From NCBI GenBank assembly GCA_003707115.1, contig PPNB01000013.1, forward strand, positions 1 to 64,000: 64,000 bases of DNA, given 5' to 3'. How positions within the stretch are numbered: the stretch's first letter is position 1; the number at the start of each line of letters is the position of its first letter. Below, in pieces: positions 8,118-18,816 of the stretch. The position numbers and the translations under genes were made by a program. The notes under the pieces are model-generated. The model saw nothing but the letters and a program-made list of their open reading frames with translations, was not told the DNA's origin and searched no databases. Source of the DNA: Tortispora ganteri (taxonomy: Eukaryota).

Positions 8118-10391
8118 ATGATGTCCTTGGACGACGCCAGCTTCATTGAGGACCTCGAATCTCTGGCAGCGTTATCGACGGAGGAAAGGGGCTACTATAT
8201 GAAAAGAAATGACACAAAACTAAACAATGGACTAATATTATCTTCATTTCGATTCAATGATTGGGATTATGTCAAGCCCAAGATCCATCTGCCCACTCTC
8301 GCTAGAGGTCTATTCACCACAACGTTGCCGGACGGAACCAAGACTATAGTTCTAAGAGGATACGACAAGTTTTTTAATATAGGAGAGGCTAGAATTACTG
8401 AATGGGAATATATAGAGGCTAACACCACTGGTAAATATACGCTCTCAGCAAAGGAGAATGGTTGTATACTTTTTATCTCAGGGCTTCCCGACGGAGAACT
8501 GCTGGTCACAAGTAAACACGCCATCAATTCATCTCACTCTCAGTACGGGAACACACTTCTTGATACTATTTTGGAATCTGTTGGTGCTACTCGGGCTGAT
8601 CTCGCTGCTGAGCTTTATCTGCACAACTACACTGCTGTGTGTGAGTTATGTGACGACAGATTTGAAGAACACATACTAGAATACCCCCCTGATCGTGCTG
8701 GCCTGTACCTTCACGGGCTTAATGTTAACACTGCTCAGTTTATCACAGAGTCATTTGATAAAGTTCAAGCTTTTGCTGCGAAATGGGGTTTTCGATCTAC
8801 CGAGTACAAGACTTATAATGACATCCACGAGGTGCGTGCTTTCTTGGAGAAGTGTGCTGAGAATGGCACGTGGAACGGTCGCGAAATCGAAGGGTTTGTT
8901 GTAAGATGCAAGAGAGATAACCAAGATTTTTTCTTTAAGTACAAGTTTAAGGAACCTTACTTCCTCTACAGACAATGGCGTGAGTTGACTAATGCTATTA
9001 TAGCGAAAAAAGATGTGACCGTCAAAACACACCTTGAAATAACGCCTCTGTATATAAAATGGGTAAAACAACAACTAAGAAAAGATCCGCATTTGGGTGA
9101 GCGATATTCAAATAACCACGGCATTATTGCTCTTCGAAAACAGTTCCTGGAAGCGCTGAAGCAGCCAGACTTCCAACAGACACTACAATCAGAAATAATG
9201 GAAAGCGCAATTACAAAATACGTGATAATACCTATAGCTACAATTGGATGTGGTAAGACGACAATTGGTCTGAGTCTTTGTGACTTGTTTCGATGGGGTC
9301 ATGTTCAAAACGATAATATAGCGCAATCTAAAGGACCCGCAGGATTCCATGCTCTAATTCTGGAAAATCTAGAGAAATTTCCTGTTGTATATGCAGATAG
9401 ATGCAATCATATTGTGAAACAGCGTGAAACAATGATCAAAGCTATTCGCGAAGCTGCTGAAGCGAAATACAATGTTCGGTTTATCGCAATACAGTTCCAC
9501 GAATATATAAGCTTCTCCGATGCTTATAAAGTAATTTCCACTACTTCTCAGAGGATATATGCACGCGGAGATAATCATCAATCTATACAGACGAGTCAAA
9601 TGCCTGAAGGCGCCGTTGAAGGGCTATTGAAGCAATTTATAGGTCAGTACAGACCGGTGGCAGAAAATGAGGTTGATTATTATGACCTAATAATTAAGCT
9701 ACCGAATATTGAAGATACAGAAGGAAATCTGAAGAAAATAATTCAGCAAATTGGAACTGCATGCACTAATGTTATACCAGAAATTCCAAACGATAAGGAT
9801 GTACACGAAGCTTATGAAAGAGCACTTAACTATGTGCCTGACTATAGAAAAGTGATAAAAACGAAAACCAGGAAACTAACAAGGAAACGTGTCAGAGTGT
9901 ATTGCGCAAGATTAGAAACATCTCTAGTGCCTGTTATCACGGAACTCTTATCTTTAGATAAAGAACCATTGTCGCAATGGAACGCGCTGAAAGCGACGCA
10001 TAGGATGGACTCTATTGTGCACCATGTGACATTAATACATCGTTCTAGTATGGAGACGCAGCCTGATGTCTGGAAATTCTATGAGAACATTGAAATGAAA
10101 CCATCTAATGATGGACAATGGCTGGAATCGGATCTTAAGGTTCAATTTGAGCTCACGAGAATTTTCTGGACCGATCGCTTATTCACAGTGCAAGTAAAGA
10201 TTCTGAATGATGACATTCCTTACACTAACAAATATTTGCATGTCACGCTCGGAACGCATGATGAGAGTGTTCGACCCTTTGAAAGCAACAATGTCATAGA
10301 AAACTACTACCGGAAAAAGGAAGGATCGAGTCTGGATGTATCGCAAAGACAAGTAGTTGTGGACAATGCCACAATATGTGGGATGGCCTAG
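8118..10391 (+). CDS. TRL1: Fungal tRNA ligase (ligase, kinase and cyclic phosphodiesterase domains)
   Basis: ARGLF, RGYDKFFN, KENGC, EGFVVR, IATIGCGKTT P-loop and two HVTL motifs. First in-frame ATG at 8118. Confidence 0.95.
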   Translation: MMSLDDASFIEDLESLAALSTEERGYYMKRNDTKLNNGLILSSFRFNDWDYVKPKIHLPTLARGLFTTTLPDGTKTIVLRGYDKFFNIGEARITEWEYIEANTTGKYTLSAKENGCILFISGLPDGELLVTSKHAINSSHSQYGNTLLDTILESVGATRADLAAELYLHNYTAVCELCDDRFEEHILEYPPDRAGLYLHGLNVNTAQFITESFDKVQAFAAKWGFRSTEYKTYNDIHEVRAFLEKCAENGTWNGREIEGFVVRCKRDNQDFFFKYKFKEPYFLYRQWRELTNAIIAKKDVTVKTHLEITPLYIKWVKQQLRKDPHLGERYSNNHGIIALRKQFLEALKQPDFQQTLQSEIMESAITKYVIIPIATIGCGKTTIGLSLCDLFRWGHVQNDNIAQSKGPAGFHALILENLEKFPVVYADRCNHIVKQRETMIKAIREAAEAKYNVRFIAIQFHEYISFSDAYKVISTTSQRIYARGDNHQSIQTSQMPEGAVEGLLKQFIGQYRPVAENEVDYYDLIIKLPNIEDTEGNLKKIIQQIGTACTNVIPEIPNDKDVHEAYERALNYVPDYRKVIKTKTRKLTRKRVRVYCARLETSLVPVITELLSLDKEPLSQWNALKATHRMDSIVHHVTLIHRSSMETQPDVWKFYENIEMKPSNDGQWLESDLKVQFELTRIFWTDRLFTVQVKILNDDIPYTNKYLHVTLGTHDESVRPFESNNVIENYYRKKEGSSLDVSQRQVVVDNATICGMA

Positions 10392-10396
10392 TTCTA

Positions 10397-11362
10397 TTAA
10401 TTATCTAGGAACGATCGTTGAGTAAACAACATGTAGGTAGATGAAGTAGATGATTTGAAACAGACAACTGCATAATGAGATTCGCCGTTCATTCCAAATT
10501 GATGAGGTTGGTTGTTGAATGTCAACGCAGAATTTGTATAACCGCGAACTTGAACTGCCCACCAGGTGAATGACGAGGAGTGAAATTTATTTATAAGATC
10601 AATGATAACATCAGAAGGTACATTTTTTTGTATCGTGTATTTTGTAGTGGGCATCGACCGGGGATCACTCACGGCGTAAGTGGAGAACACCGGGTCGATG
10701 ACATCGTTAGGTGTCACCCTTGGCGATTCCAAAGATACTAGTCCAAGCCACTCATAAACTTCAGACAATTCTGGCCCACTTCCAGTTTCGATTAGTGCGA
10801 AATCAGGAACAACTAGATTGAGGTCAATTTCAGCTGTGCTCGGCGGAGTTGAGGTCCACGGTAGAGAACCCTGGTACGATAAAGAGAACGTATCGACGTG
10901 TTGTAAAGCATCTCCTGTAACTGTCAGTAGTCTTTTGTAAAGAAAGTTATCAACCAAAAGGTCAAATTGCACGAGGTACCGGTAGTCTTTCGATTTCGAA
11001 GTGAGACGACGGCCCTCCAGTCCCGCTCGTTGGTACGTGTCTTTGCAGAGTGATAGGTAAACTGTGGATTTTGTAATGCAGACAACGTCGCCTGTCTCAA
11101 TCGAGCCTTCAGAGATAGCGTAGAAATAGTCGCAAGCGCGAATGGCGTCTACATTGGTGGGTAATAGCAGCTGCTTGAGCGGGATACGTAAATCACAGCG
11201 CTTGAAGGTTGGTAATTCAAGGCCCGATTCGGGCACGAGAACCTCTAACGATTGGTTGAATAAATGTTTATTAATAGTTTTCAGGATATTTGGAGGAACT
11301 CCGTTGCTGACCTCAAAAGTCTCACCAAATAGCCGGCTAGAGGGCTGACTGGCCCTGTTCAT
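10397..11362 (-). CDS. RNase P/MRP subunit p40 (Rpp40) family protein
   Basis: LSLCKDTYQRAGLEG, EVYEWLGLVSLESPRV..DVIDPVFSTY and WWAVQVRGY resemble the Rpp40 family. ATG at 11362. Confidence 0.75.
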   Translation of the reverse strand: MNRASQPSSRLFGETFEVSNGVPPNILKTINKHLFNQSLEVLVPESGLELPTFKRCDLRIPLKQLLLPTNVDAIRACDYFYAISEGSIETGDVVCITKSTVYLSLCKDTYQRAGLEGRRLTSKSKDYRYLVQFDLLVDNFLYKRLLTVTGDALQHVDTFSLSYQGSLPWTSTPPSTAEIDLNLVVPDFALIETGSGPELSEVYEWLGLVSLESPRVTPNDVIDPVFSTYAVSDPRSMPTTKYTIQKNVPSDVIIDLINKFHSSSFTWWAVQVRGYTNSALTFNNQPHQFGMNGESHYAVVCFKSSTSSTYMLFTQRSFLDN

Positions 11363-11478
11363 GTCGAAGGGTAGGGGAGAGGTTGTGCTAATACGTGAAT
11401 ACAAGTAGAGCACTAATTGTCATAATAAGAAGGCATTACAACGTAAACTTAATATTTACAAAGAAATAAAAAACCCGA

Positions 11479-12612
11479 TCAGGCAGTTACTCGGTTGTTC
11501 TTACCTCGCGGACGGTCACGCACCTTGTACTTGTTGAAGTTCTTTCCGCGGCGGGTCTTGTAGCCTTTGGCCAGAACGCCAGTAGCACTTTGTGAGGGGA
11601 CATTACCTTTTGATTTACCACGTCCACCACCATGCGGATGATCACAAGCATTCATAGCCATTCCACGCACTTTAGGACGACGTCCTAGCCATCTGCGACG
11701 ACCCGCTTTGCCGAAAACGGCATTCTGGTGGTCCGGATTCGATACAACGCCAATGGTCGCACACGCGTTCAGGGACACATAACGAACTTCGCCGCTCTGA
11801 AGACGCACAGCGGCCTGTTTGGCACTGACGTCCTTGGATACTAGCCGGGCGTACGTTCCTGCAGATCGACAGAGTTTTGCCGGACCGCGGCTAGTCAGGC
11901 CAACATTGTGAATAATTGTTCCAGGAGGTATCATATGCATCGGAAGACAATTCCCTGGTAAGACTGTGCGTGCCGATAACAAAGCAGGATCTACCTGACC
12001 GCCCATATAGTCCACTAATTCTTGCGGAATTCCCATGCGAAAGCTCTCTACTTTGTCGCCCGCCCGTAAGCCCTGGGGAGCAATTATGTACGACAACCGC
12101 TCAGTTTTGTCGTTGATGATAAGCGCAATATGTGCCGTGCGATTAGGGTCATGCTCAATTCTGACAACAGTGTGAGCGCCTGGTTCAGCGCGTAGAAAAT
12201 CTATAATTCGTAAACGTCTTTTATGGCCTCCGCCTCGTCCACGCACAGTCACTCGTCCTTGGTTGTTGCGTCCACCTTTTTTCCGCAGAGCTTTCGTCAA
12301 GGGAAGAAAAGGCCCGCCCTTGTGGAGATATGGGTATACAGGTTTGCGGTACCATAATGCACCAGGAGAGTTCGGAATAATTTTCTTCATATACGGAACG
12401 TCACTTTTGTGCAAGAACATCTCTCGTAGCTCAACTCGCTGTCGTCGGACGTTATCCGTCAGTTCGTTCTCTTCCCTGTTAGCAGCCTCCCGGCGGAGTT
12501 GTTCCTTAATTACGTTTACAGGCGATTTCGTCGGCCTGGCATATTTGAAAACCGCGCTGCTGTGAATCAGCCGTTTGCTTGTTATAATAGACTGGTTCAA
12601 GCAGCTCTTCAT
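11479..12612 (-). CDS. RML2: Mitochondrial ribosomal protein uL2m
   Basis: [20 protein letters not shown] and [16 protein letters not shown] motifs, basic N-terminal presequence. Confidence 0.96.
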   Translation of the reverse strand: MKSCLNQSIITSKRLIHSSAVFKYARPTKSPVNVIKEQLRREAANREENELTDNVRRQRVELREMFLHKSDVPYMKKIIPNSPGALWYRKPVYPYLHKGGPFLPLTKALRKKGGRNNQGRVTVRGRGGGHKRRLRIIDFLRAEPGAHTVVRIEHDPNRTAHIALIINDKTERLSYIIAPQGLRAGDKVESFRMGIPQELVDYMGGQVDPALLSARTVLPGNCLPMHMIPPGTIIHNVGLTSRGPAKLCRSAGTYARLVSKDVSAKQAAVRLQSGEVRYVSLNACATIGVVSNPDHQNAVFGKAGRRRWLGRRPKVRGMAMNACDHPHGGGRGKSKGNVPSQSATGVLAKGYKTRRGKNFNKYKVRDRPRGKNNRVTA

Positions 12613-12755
12613 GTTATTCGTTTTCTCCGAGGAGTGGTGAATATTTTAGATAGTAATGAACAAACTAAACCCTAGACCTCACATGGTAACTACTCCAATC
12701 AGCATAGTTGCTATGTTAACATCAACCTGTTCAGCACCACTACCTACCTACACAG

Positions 12756-14426
12756 ATGCCCGCTAGTCAGTTCCAATTGGCGCAGATTCAAGATGGAGTG
12801 CACGAAAAGGGACGGAACCTGCTGGTCAGCTTGAAAGAGGAGCCAGAAATCCGAGTCGCGCTGTCCCTGGGTCAGAATGGGCTGCTAAAGCTCCTGGTAC
12901 CTGTGGCTAAAGAGACTGTTCGTTTTCAGAAATTTGGCAGTATACGATCTCCCTTATCATTCACAGATTACGGAATTGTCATTTGGGGACCAATCAAAAA
13001 TGATACAGCAATTATTGCTGTCTCAAATGGGTTTCATGTTGAAATCTGGTCTGTTGAACTGACTCGTTTTTCACAGTCCATTATCTTAGCGAAACTATCT
13101 CTGCCTTCAAAGACTTCCCGTCTCTTATTCAGCCCAGACGGATCGAGCCTCGTGGCACTTTTCTCTTCTTCTGGCGATGCATTAATTTACAATTTATATG
13201 AACTACAGAATCTTAGAGATGTCGAGCCTATACAGGAGCTACCAGAATCTCGCCTTCGATGCCCCGGCGAATTTATTACTTCCCTCTGCTGGTCTGACCA
13301 ATCCGCGCTAATACTGGTCGGTTGCCGTTCAGGAGCTTTGTGTGCTGTGGAATATCCTTCTATGTCAGTTGCATACTCTGACAGGCTCTGTCCTAGTAGT
13401 ATTCTTGATATTCAAGTTGATCCGATGGCTCGCTACCTTGCTCTAGGCCGCAGTGATGGGTGTGTATCACTGGTACATCCGAAAGGGTGGTATTCCCTTT
13501 CAACAATATCTTTGAGCAATTCGGCTATATTTGACTTATCACTTTCTAGTGACGGTGATTACCTGCTAACATATGAAGCTCATTTAAGTCAGATAAATGT
13601 TTGCTCGATTGCTTCACACCATATACAATACACACATACAAATATTAAAAAACCAGTGATGGCGGTGTTTTCCTCTTTGACACCATACCTTGTTTATTGC
13701 AGTACTGTCTCTGAGTCGTTAGTACCTTTACGATTGACTACCTTGGATGTACATGAAGTATCAACACAGCCTCGGAGTAGCCACCTTGATGATAAGTCCA
13801 TGCGCAACAATAGCTTAGACTCCGGTCCTCATACTGGCGCCAATACTCCAGTGCCTAAATCTACTAATGGAAATGTATCAGCACAGCACAGGGGTGGAGT
13901 TGATCGCGGTGTCAAAGACTCAAAAAGTTCTCATCCGCGAGACCGTGACCCTCGCGACCGCGACCCAAGAAGCCGAGACCCCAGAGACTATAGGGACCCG
14001 AGAGATAGAGGAGACCTTAGAGATAGGGGAGATCCCAGAGACTATAGGGACCCGAGAGATAGAGGAGACCTCAGAGATAGGGGAGACCTCAGAGACTATA
14101 GGGACCCGAGAGATAGAGGCGATCCTAGAGACAGAGGCGATCCTAGAGACAGAGGAGATCCTAGAGATAGAGGCGATCCTAGAGACAGAGGCGATCCGAG
14201 AGACAGAGGCGATCCAAGAGACAGAGGAGATCCTAGAGACAGAGGAGATCCAAGAGACAGAGGAGATCCAAGAGATAGAGGAGATCCAAGAGATAGAGGA
14301 GATCCAAGAGACTACAGACCACTTAGAGACCGCGATCGATTCAGGGATGCTAAAAACACTCGTGAATACGGATCTAGATACGGCCGTACATGGGGTGCGC
14401 CTTATCGTAGAGATGATCGTCGCTGA
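12756..14426 (+). CDS. WD40 protein, probable TREX subunit Tex1/THOC3, with Arg/Asp repeat tail
   Basis: LCWS...VEYPSM...DIQVDPMARYLALGRSDGCVSL...DLSLSSDGDYL aligns by eye with THOC3 (LSYPEL...IKFDPMGKYFATGSADALVSL...LSFSHDGKML). Confidence 0.65.
   Translation: MPASQFQLAQIQDGVHEKGRNLLVSLKEEPEIRVALSLGQNGLLKLLVPVAKETVRFQKFGSIRSPLSFTDYGIVIWGPIKNDTAIIAVSNGFHVEIWSVELTRFSQSIILAKLSLPSKTSRLLFSPDGSSLVALFSSSGDALIYNLYELQNLRDVEPIQELPESRLRCPGEFITSLCWSDQSALILVGCRSGALCAVEYPSMSVAYSDRLCPSSILDIQVDPMARYLALGRSDGCVSLVHPKGWYSLSTISLSNSAIFDLSLSSDGDYLLTYEAHLSQINVCSIASHHIQYTHTNIKKPVMAVFSSLTPYLVYCSTVSESLVPLRLTTLDVHEVSTQPRSSHLDDKSMRNNSLDSGPHTGANTPVPKSTNGNVSAQHRGGVDRGVKDSKSSHPRDRDPRDRDPRSRDPRDYRDPRDRGDLRDRGDPRDYRDPRDRGDLRDRGDLRDYRDPRDRGDPRDRGDPRDRGDPRDRGDPRDRGDPRDRGDPRDRGDPRDRGDPRDRGDPRDRGDPRDRGDPRDYRPLRDRDRFRDAKNTREYGSRYGRTWGAPYRRDDRR
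13935..14340 (+). repeat. Coding minisatellite with 18-bp unit (GDPRDR), 11 consecutive copies plus YRDPRD/GDLRD variants
   Basis: Recurring gg(a/c)gatcc(t/a/g)agaga(c/t)aga with synonymous variation. Confidence 0.95.
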
Positions 14427-15212
14427 TACGACTCATTTCAGCACGGTCAGAGCCTTACGTCTGTTTTTTAATGACATTTTTCTGCATGGTTAACTGCTGT
14501 TCTAAAGCTCTTATCTGAGATGAAGAATAGGATCAAACTATAATCTAGTCCAGCTGCTACAAAATCATACCCTTCTAGGACGAGATTGTATTAGATTCTG
14601 GAAAGGCTATTACGAAAGCTATCGATAAGATACTAAAGTTGGTGTTATTGATGACGAGTAAGCCAGCCATTAAAAGAGCCAGAACCTTATCAATTAAACT
14701 TTATTACATTGTCAAATTCTGCGTGAGCTCTGGAAATAAGAGCCTTGAATTTTAATTACTTGTTATGCGAGTTGCAGAGACTATATATGTTTATGAATTG
14801 CCCGAAGGATTAATTAATTTCTACGGGCGATCTGATCTTATTCTAACAACGACATATAGCCGGAGAATATGTAGTTAAGTCCGACACAGTATTATTAAAC
14901 CTATATTGGGATACAAGCTCAACTGGGGTACTTTAGGCGTTATAAACTGACTGGGTTCAGGGTATAGTTAACTTCCGCGTTGATAGGTTCGTTGGTTCGG
15001 CTTAGCAGCACTTTGGAGAAAACAAGCTAAACACCGATTTCCAGCCCGCTAAAAAGGACACAAGAATATCAACGCGTGCGTTGCTGTTATATTTATTATT
15101 TAAATATATTATAATTCAGCGTTCGAAAGCGATACAGTGACAACGTAGAAGATCAAGTGGCATACTGTATAAACAGTTATCGAACTTTAAATCTGCGAGT
15201 AACTGGTAAAGG

Positions 15213-17579
15213 ATGTCGACGCATGACAAAGGCCGCGATATAGGTCACGATCTCGTGCAATCATCTGTTAGAAAGAGAGCATGTGTACTTTGTCGCAAGC
15301 GTAAGCTAAAATGTGACTCAGAACGGCCTGCGTGTGGGACTTGCAGTCGCTTGGGTCACTCTTGTGAATACGATAACGCGGTAAAGACGTCCGGCCCCAA
15401 GAAGGGCTATGTTAAAATGCTCGAACAACGTCTTGCAATGATCGAATCAAAATTAGAAGAATACCAAGGAAAATCAAACAAGAAGCCAGAATCTTTGCGC
15501 AAATCGCAAGGTTCAGCACAGTCAGCACAGGATCTCCACAGTTGGAATACCGAGATCCTAGGCGAGTACACTCAGCACACTTCAGATGTATACCAGCAAC
15601 TCGTATGCGAAAAATCCTCAGATGACAGCTGTGAAGGACAAGCACAAGCGCAGAAAGTGCCTACTTGGAGCGAGAGTGGCGTCTATGAATCACAGTTCCA
15701 TAGATCTGGTATCTCTACAAACCCTGTTAATATGCGAATTGATATTTTATCACCACCAGATCTGTCGGTTCCAAATGCTGATATTGCTTTACGTTTAGAA
15801 AACCAGTTTTTTGCAAATGTGTATAAGCAATTTCCATTTGTTGATCGTCAGGAGTTCTATACAAAGAAACCCGATGGATATTCACCTATACCACTATACT
15901 ATCGTTATGCACTTTGGGCTGTTTCTGCATCAGGAATGCCAGAATACACCCATTTACTTGAAGTTCTTTACATGAACGCCAAAAAACTTATGCTGAAGGC
16001 GGAATTTATGCACAATGGTCATTTATATTTTAGCAACTATTACGTGGCTGCTCTATGCTTCCTCGCCCGAATAGATTTCCAAGTAGGACGCTTCTCTTTT
16101 GCTTGGAATTACGGTGGCGATGCTATTAAAGTGTCTGTGGCTCGAGATGCATTTAGAATGAAGCTTATTAATTTTGAAAAAGCTTCAGTGCAGGAGAAAC
16201 GAGATGAGGAGTTTTCTGTGCGAGTCTTTTGGATTTCGTACATAGTCGAACGAACCTCGTGCCTTGCTACTACTTGGCCCACAAGTCTGGATGACGACAA
16301 AATTACAACACGACTGCCTTTCACAGATAAATATTTTGAAGATTATACTCCGCAACATGTGATATATCTGTCAGATATTGAGAACTTGAACAATTTGGAT
16401 AAAATAGAGCAAGATAACGGAGTAAGTTGGATTATCATCTCTCTTTCTCAGTACAAGAAAATCAGTGAATTTGCGGAAAAATCACTTGAATTATATATGG
16501 ACTCTAAAAGCAGGTACTGGGATGAGTTTGAAAAACTAGTCAACCTTCATACTAAGCTTATGCTTATTCCATCGGATCTGTTTCGCCACGAGACAGACAG
16601 TATTGCTGTGCACAGTGCTCGAACTATTTTTCAAGTGGGGCTCATAATGTTGTATAGAGATGCGTACTTGAAGGCACGAACAACCAGCGAAATGAATCCT
16701 GAGCAGAAAGAAGTATACAGAACTCGGTATCTGCGCGCAGCAGGGGAAGCAGCCGACATTTTTAGAAGCATGCAACATATAGAGTTGCATAAGTACTCAC
16801 CTGACGTTGCATTTAATCTATATATTGTGGCGAAAGTTTTTAAGGCAGAGCTGAAGCGAACTAGGATCGAACCAGGAGAAAAGAAGTTCTTACAGGTTAA
16901 TTACAATTATCTCCTTAACATGATCCGAGGGTTTCCTAAGAGCTACTCACTAATCAAGTTTCTCATTCCTGATTTCAAAAACGGGTTTGCACGAAATAAC
17001 CGAAGCAAAAGTGAAAATACCGAGAGTCAGACTGATGCCAATATTTCTATGCAGGCATCGATGCCGAGCGTTGACGCACAGCCGGTTCCATGCTCCACCC
17101 TTACTGGGACACACAGCGGAGTGTCTTTGGAGCAATACAATGAGCATCCGACGACGCTTGGTGTAGATGCAGGGATGAATTTAGGACAACCAAATGAAGG
17201 TACTCTTTCTATCCAGGGAAATGCGGGACCAGAGCCGGACTCTCATATACCAATTTATAGCCCGTTGGATGGGAGTACATCTAATGTCACAGATACATCT
17301 CACACGGCTTCTGACAGATCTGCGGCCTCGTTTTCGAACAGCTCTTACGAGTTACAGGCAGAATTCCCTATTTGGTGGGGACCTGACGCGCAACCGCATT
17401 CAATGCAGGTACGACAACCAGTTGCAGCTGATTCTAGTAGCACGATGTTCCCAGTTGAAGAGATGGCGGATATCATGTCGGAGATCATGCTCGGTACGGG
17501 TGAATGGGGTCCATCTAGTATTCAAGAAGGCAACATGCTGCGTCCAGACCAATTGTATATGATCCGCAGAGGTTTATAA
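15213..17579 (+). CDS. Zn(II)2Cys6 transcription factor with fungal-specific middle domain
   Basis: ACVLCRKRKLKCDSERPACGTCSRLGHSC cluster, coiled coil, and RVFWISYIVER...WPTSL motif. Confidence 0.93.
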   Translation: MSTHDKGRDIGHDLVQSSVRKRACVLCRKRKLKCDSERPACGTCSRLGHSCEYDNAVKTSGPKKGYVKMLEQRLAMIESKLEEYQGKSNKKPESLRKSQGSAQSAQDLHSWNTEILGEYTQHTSDVYQQLVCEKSSDDSCEGQAQAQKVPTWSESGVYESQFHRSGISTNPVNMRIDILSPPDLSVPNADIALRLENQFFANVYKQFPFVDRQEFYTKKPDGYSPIPLYYRYALWAVSASGMPEYTHLLEVLYMNAKKLMLKAEFMHNGHLYFSNYYVAALCFLARIDFQVGRFSFAWNYGGDAIKVSVARDAFRMKLINFEKASVQEKRDEEFSVRVFWISYIVERTSCLATTWPTSLDDDKITTRLPFTDKYFEDYTPQHVIYLSDIENLNNLDKIEQDNGVSWIIISLSQYKKISEFAEKSLELYMDSKSRYWDEFEKLVNLHTKLMLIPSDLFRHETDSIAVHSARTIFQVGLIMLYRDAYLKARTTSEMNPEQKEVYRTRYLRAAGEAADIFRSMQHIELHKYSPDVAFNLYIVAKVFKAELKRTRIEPGEKKFLQVNYNYLLNMIRGFPKSYSLIKFLIPDFKNGFARNNRSKSENTESQTDANISMQASMPSVDAQPVPCSTLTGTHSGVSLEQYNEHPTTLGVDAGMNLGQPNEGTLSIQGNAGPEPDSHIPIYSPLDGSTSNVTDTSHTASDRSAASFSNSSYELQAEFPIWWGPDAQPHSMQVRQPVAADSSSTMFPVEEMADIMSEIMLGTGEWGPSSIQEGNMLRPDQLYMIRRGL

Positions 17580-17748
17580 GGATTATGATACGTCACGAAA
17601 ACCTCAGCAATAGAGGACTGATTAGCGTAGTAAGCAAAGGTAGTAAGGTTACACTTACACCAACTACTCCTTTGGGACTTACGTTGTATCATTAACACAA
17701 CTTCTCCTTCATTTTAGTGAAAAGGAAAAAAATTAGATCAGCAACGCT

Positions 17749-18753
17749 ATGGTGATTTGTGAGATCTGTAATGATAATAAAGCATCGTTACGTCGTCCAA
17801 AGACACTCCAGAAGCTATGTAAAGTATGTTTTATTAGAGTATTCGAGACTGAGGTACATAATACGATCATGAAGCACAATCTATTCTATCGGGGAGAAAA
17901 AGTCGCTATTGGCGCATCAGGCGGCAAGGACTCAACAGTCCTGGCATACGTATTAAAGACGTTGAATGAACGATATGACTATGGCGTTGAATTTGTTTTG
18001 TTGGCGATCGACGAAGGTATTAAAGGGTACAGAGATGATTCGCTCGAGACTGTGGATCGAAACAGGATACAGTATGAGATGCCACTCACTGTGGTCAGTT
18101 ACCAGCAGCTTTATAACTGGACTATGGATGACATAGTTGAAGCTATTGGTACGAAGAATAACTGCACATACTGTGGTGTTTTCCGCCGACAAGCGCTAGA
18201 TCGAGGAGCTCTATCGTTGGGCATTCACCATATTGTTACGGGACACAATGCTGACGATATGGCTGAGACGGTTCTTATGAATATACTGCGAGGAGACATA
18301 GCTAGGCTAGATAGATGCACAGAAATTATAACGCAGTCGACAGACTCGCCTGCTAAACGCAGCAAACCGCTCAAATACGCATATGAAAAGGAAATTGTGC
18401 TTTACGCCCATTTCCTGAAGTTAGACTACTTCTCCACAGAGTGCACGCATTCACCTGAGGCCTTTAGAGGCACAGCCCGGACACTGATTAAGAATTTTGA
18501 GGCTATACAGCCCTCAACAATTATAGATATCATATATTCAGGAGAAGCAATAACTCTGAAGCGTAAGGCTTCCGGCCGGCAGCAGGTACAGCAAACATGC
18601 CAGAGGTGCGGCTACATTTCCAGTAACAAAATATGCAAGGCGTGCGTTTTACTGGAATCTTTGAACAATAATCGCCCTAAAATCCCTGTCGGCCACGATA
18701 CAATACCGACGGTCGCTTCTACGGCTCAACATTTGCATAATCTAACGTTTTAA
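17749..18753 (+). CDS. NCS6: Cytoplasmic tRNA 2-thiolation protein 1
   Basis: [12 protein letters not shown]-loop, [16 protein letters not shown] and TGHNADD. Confidence 0.96.
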   Translation: MVICEICNDNKASLRRPKTLQKLCKVCFIRVFETEVHNTIMKHNLFYRGEKVAIGASGGKDSTVLAYVLKTLNERYDYGVEFVLLAIDEGIKGYRDDSLETVDRNRIQYEMPLTVVSYQQLYNWTMDDIVEAIGTKNNCTYCGVFRRQALDRGALSLGIHHIVTGHNADDMAETVLMNILRGDIARLDRCTEIITQSTDSPAKRSKPLKYAYEKEIVLYAHFLKLDYFSTECTHSPEAFRGTARTLIKNFEAIQPSTIIDIIYSGEAITLKRKASGRQQVQQTCQRCGYISSNKICKACVLLESLNNNRPKIPVGHDTIPTVASTAQHLHNLTF

Positions 18754-18816
18754 TGACCGCAACAAATATTATGATACGTATATTCATATATGCAGTATAA
18801 ACCTCACAAATGCTAG

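Noticed and set aside
13867..14493. 208-aa frame-shifted ORF (ETEEIQ repeats), and the RGD motifs as integrin ligands
   Set aside because: The ORF is an alternative-frame by-product of the 18-bp repeat. The host protein has no signal peptide, so RGD is incidental.
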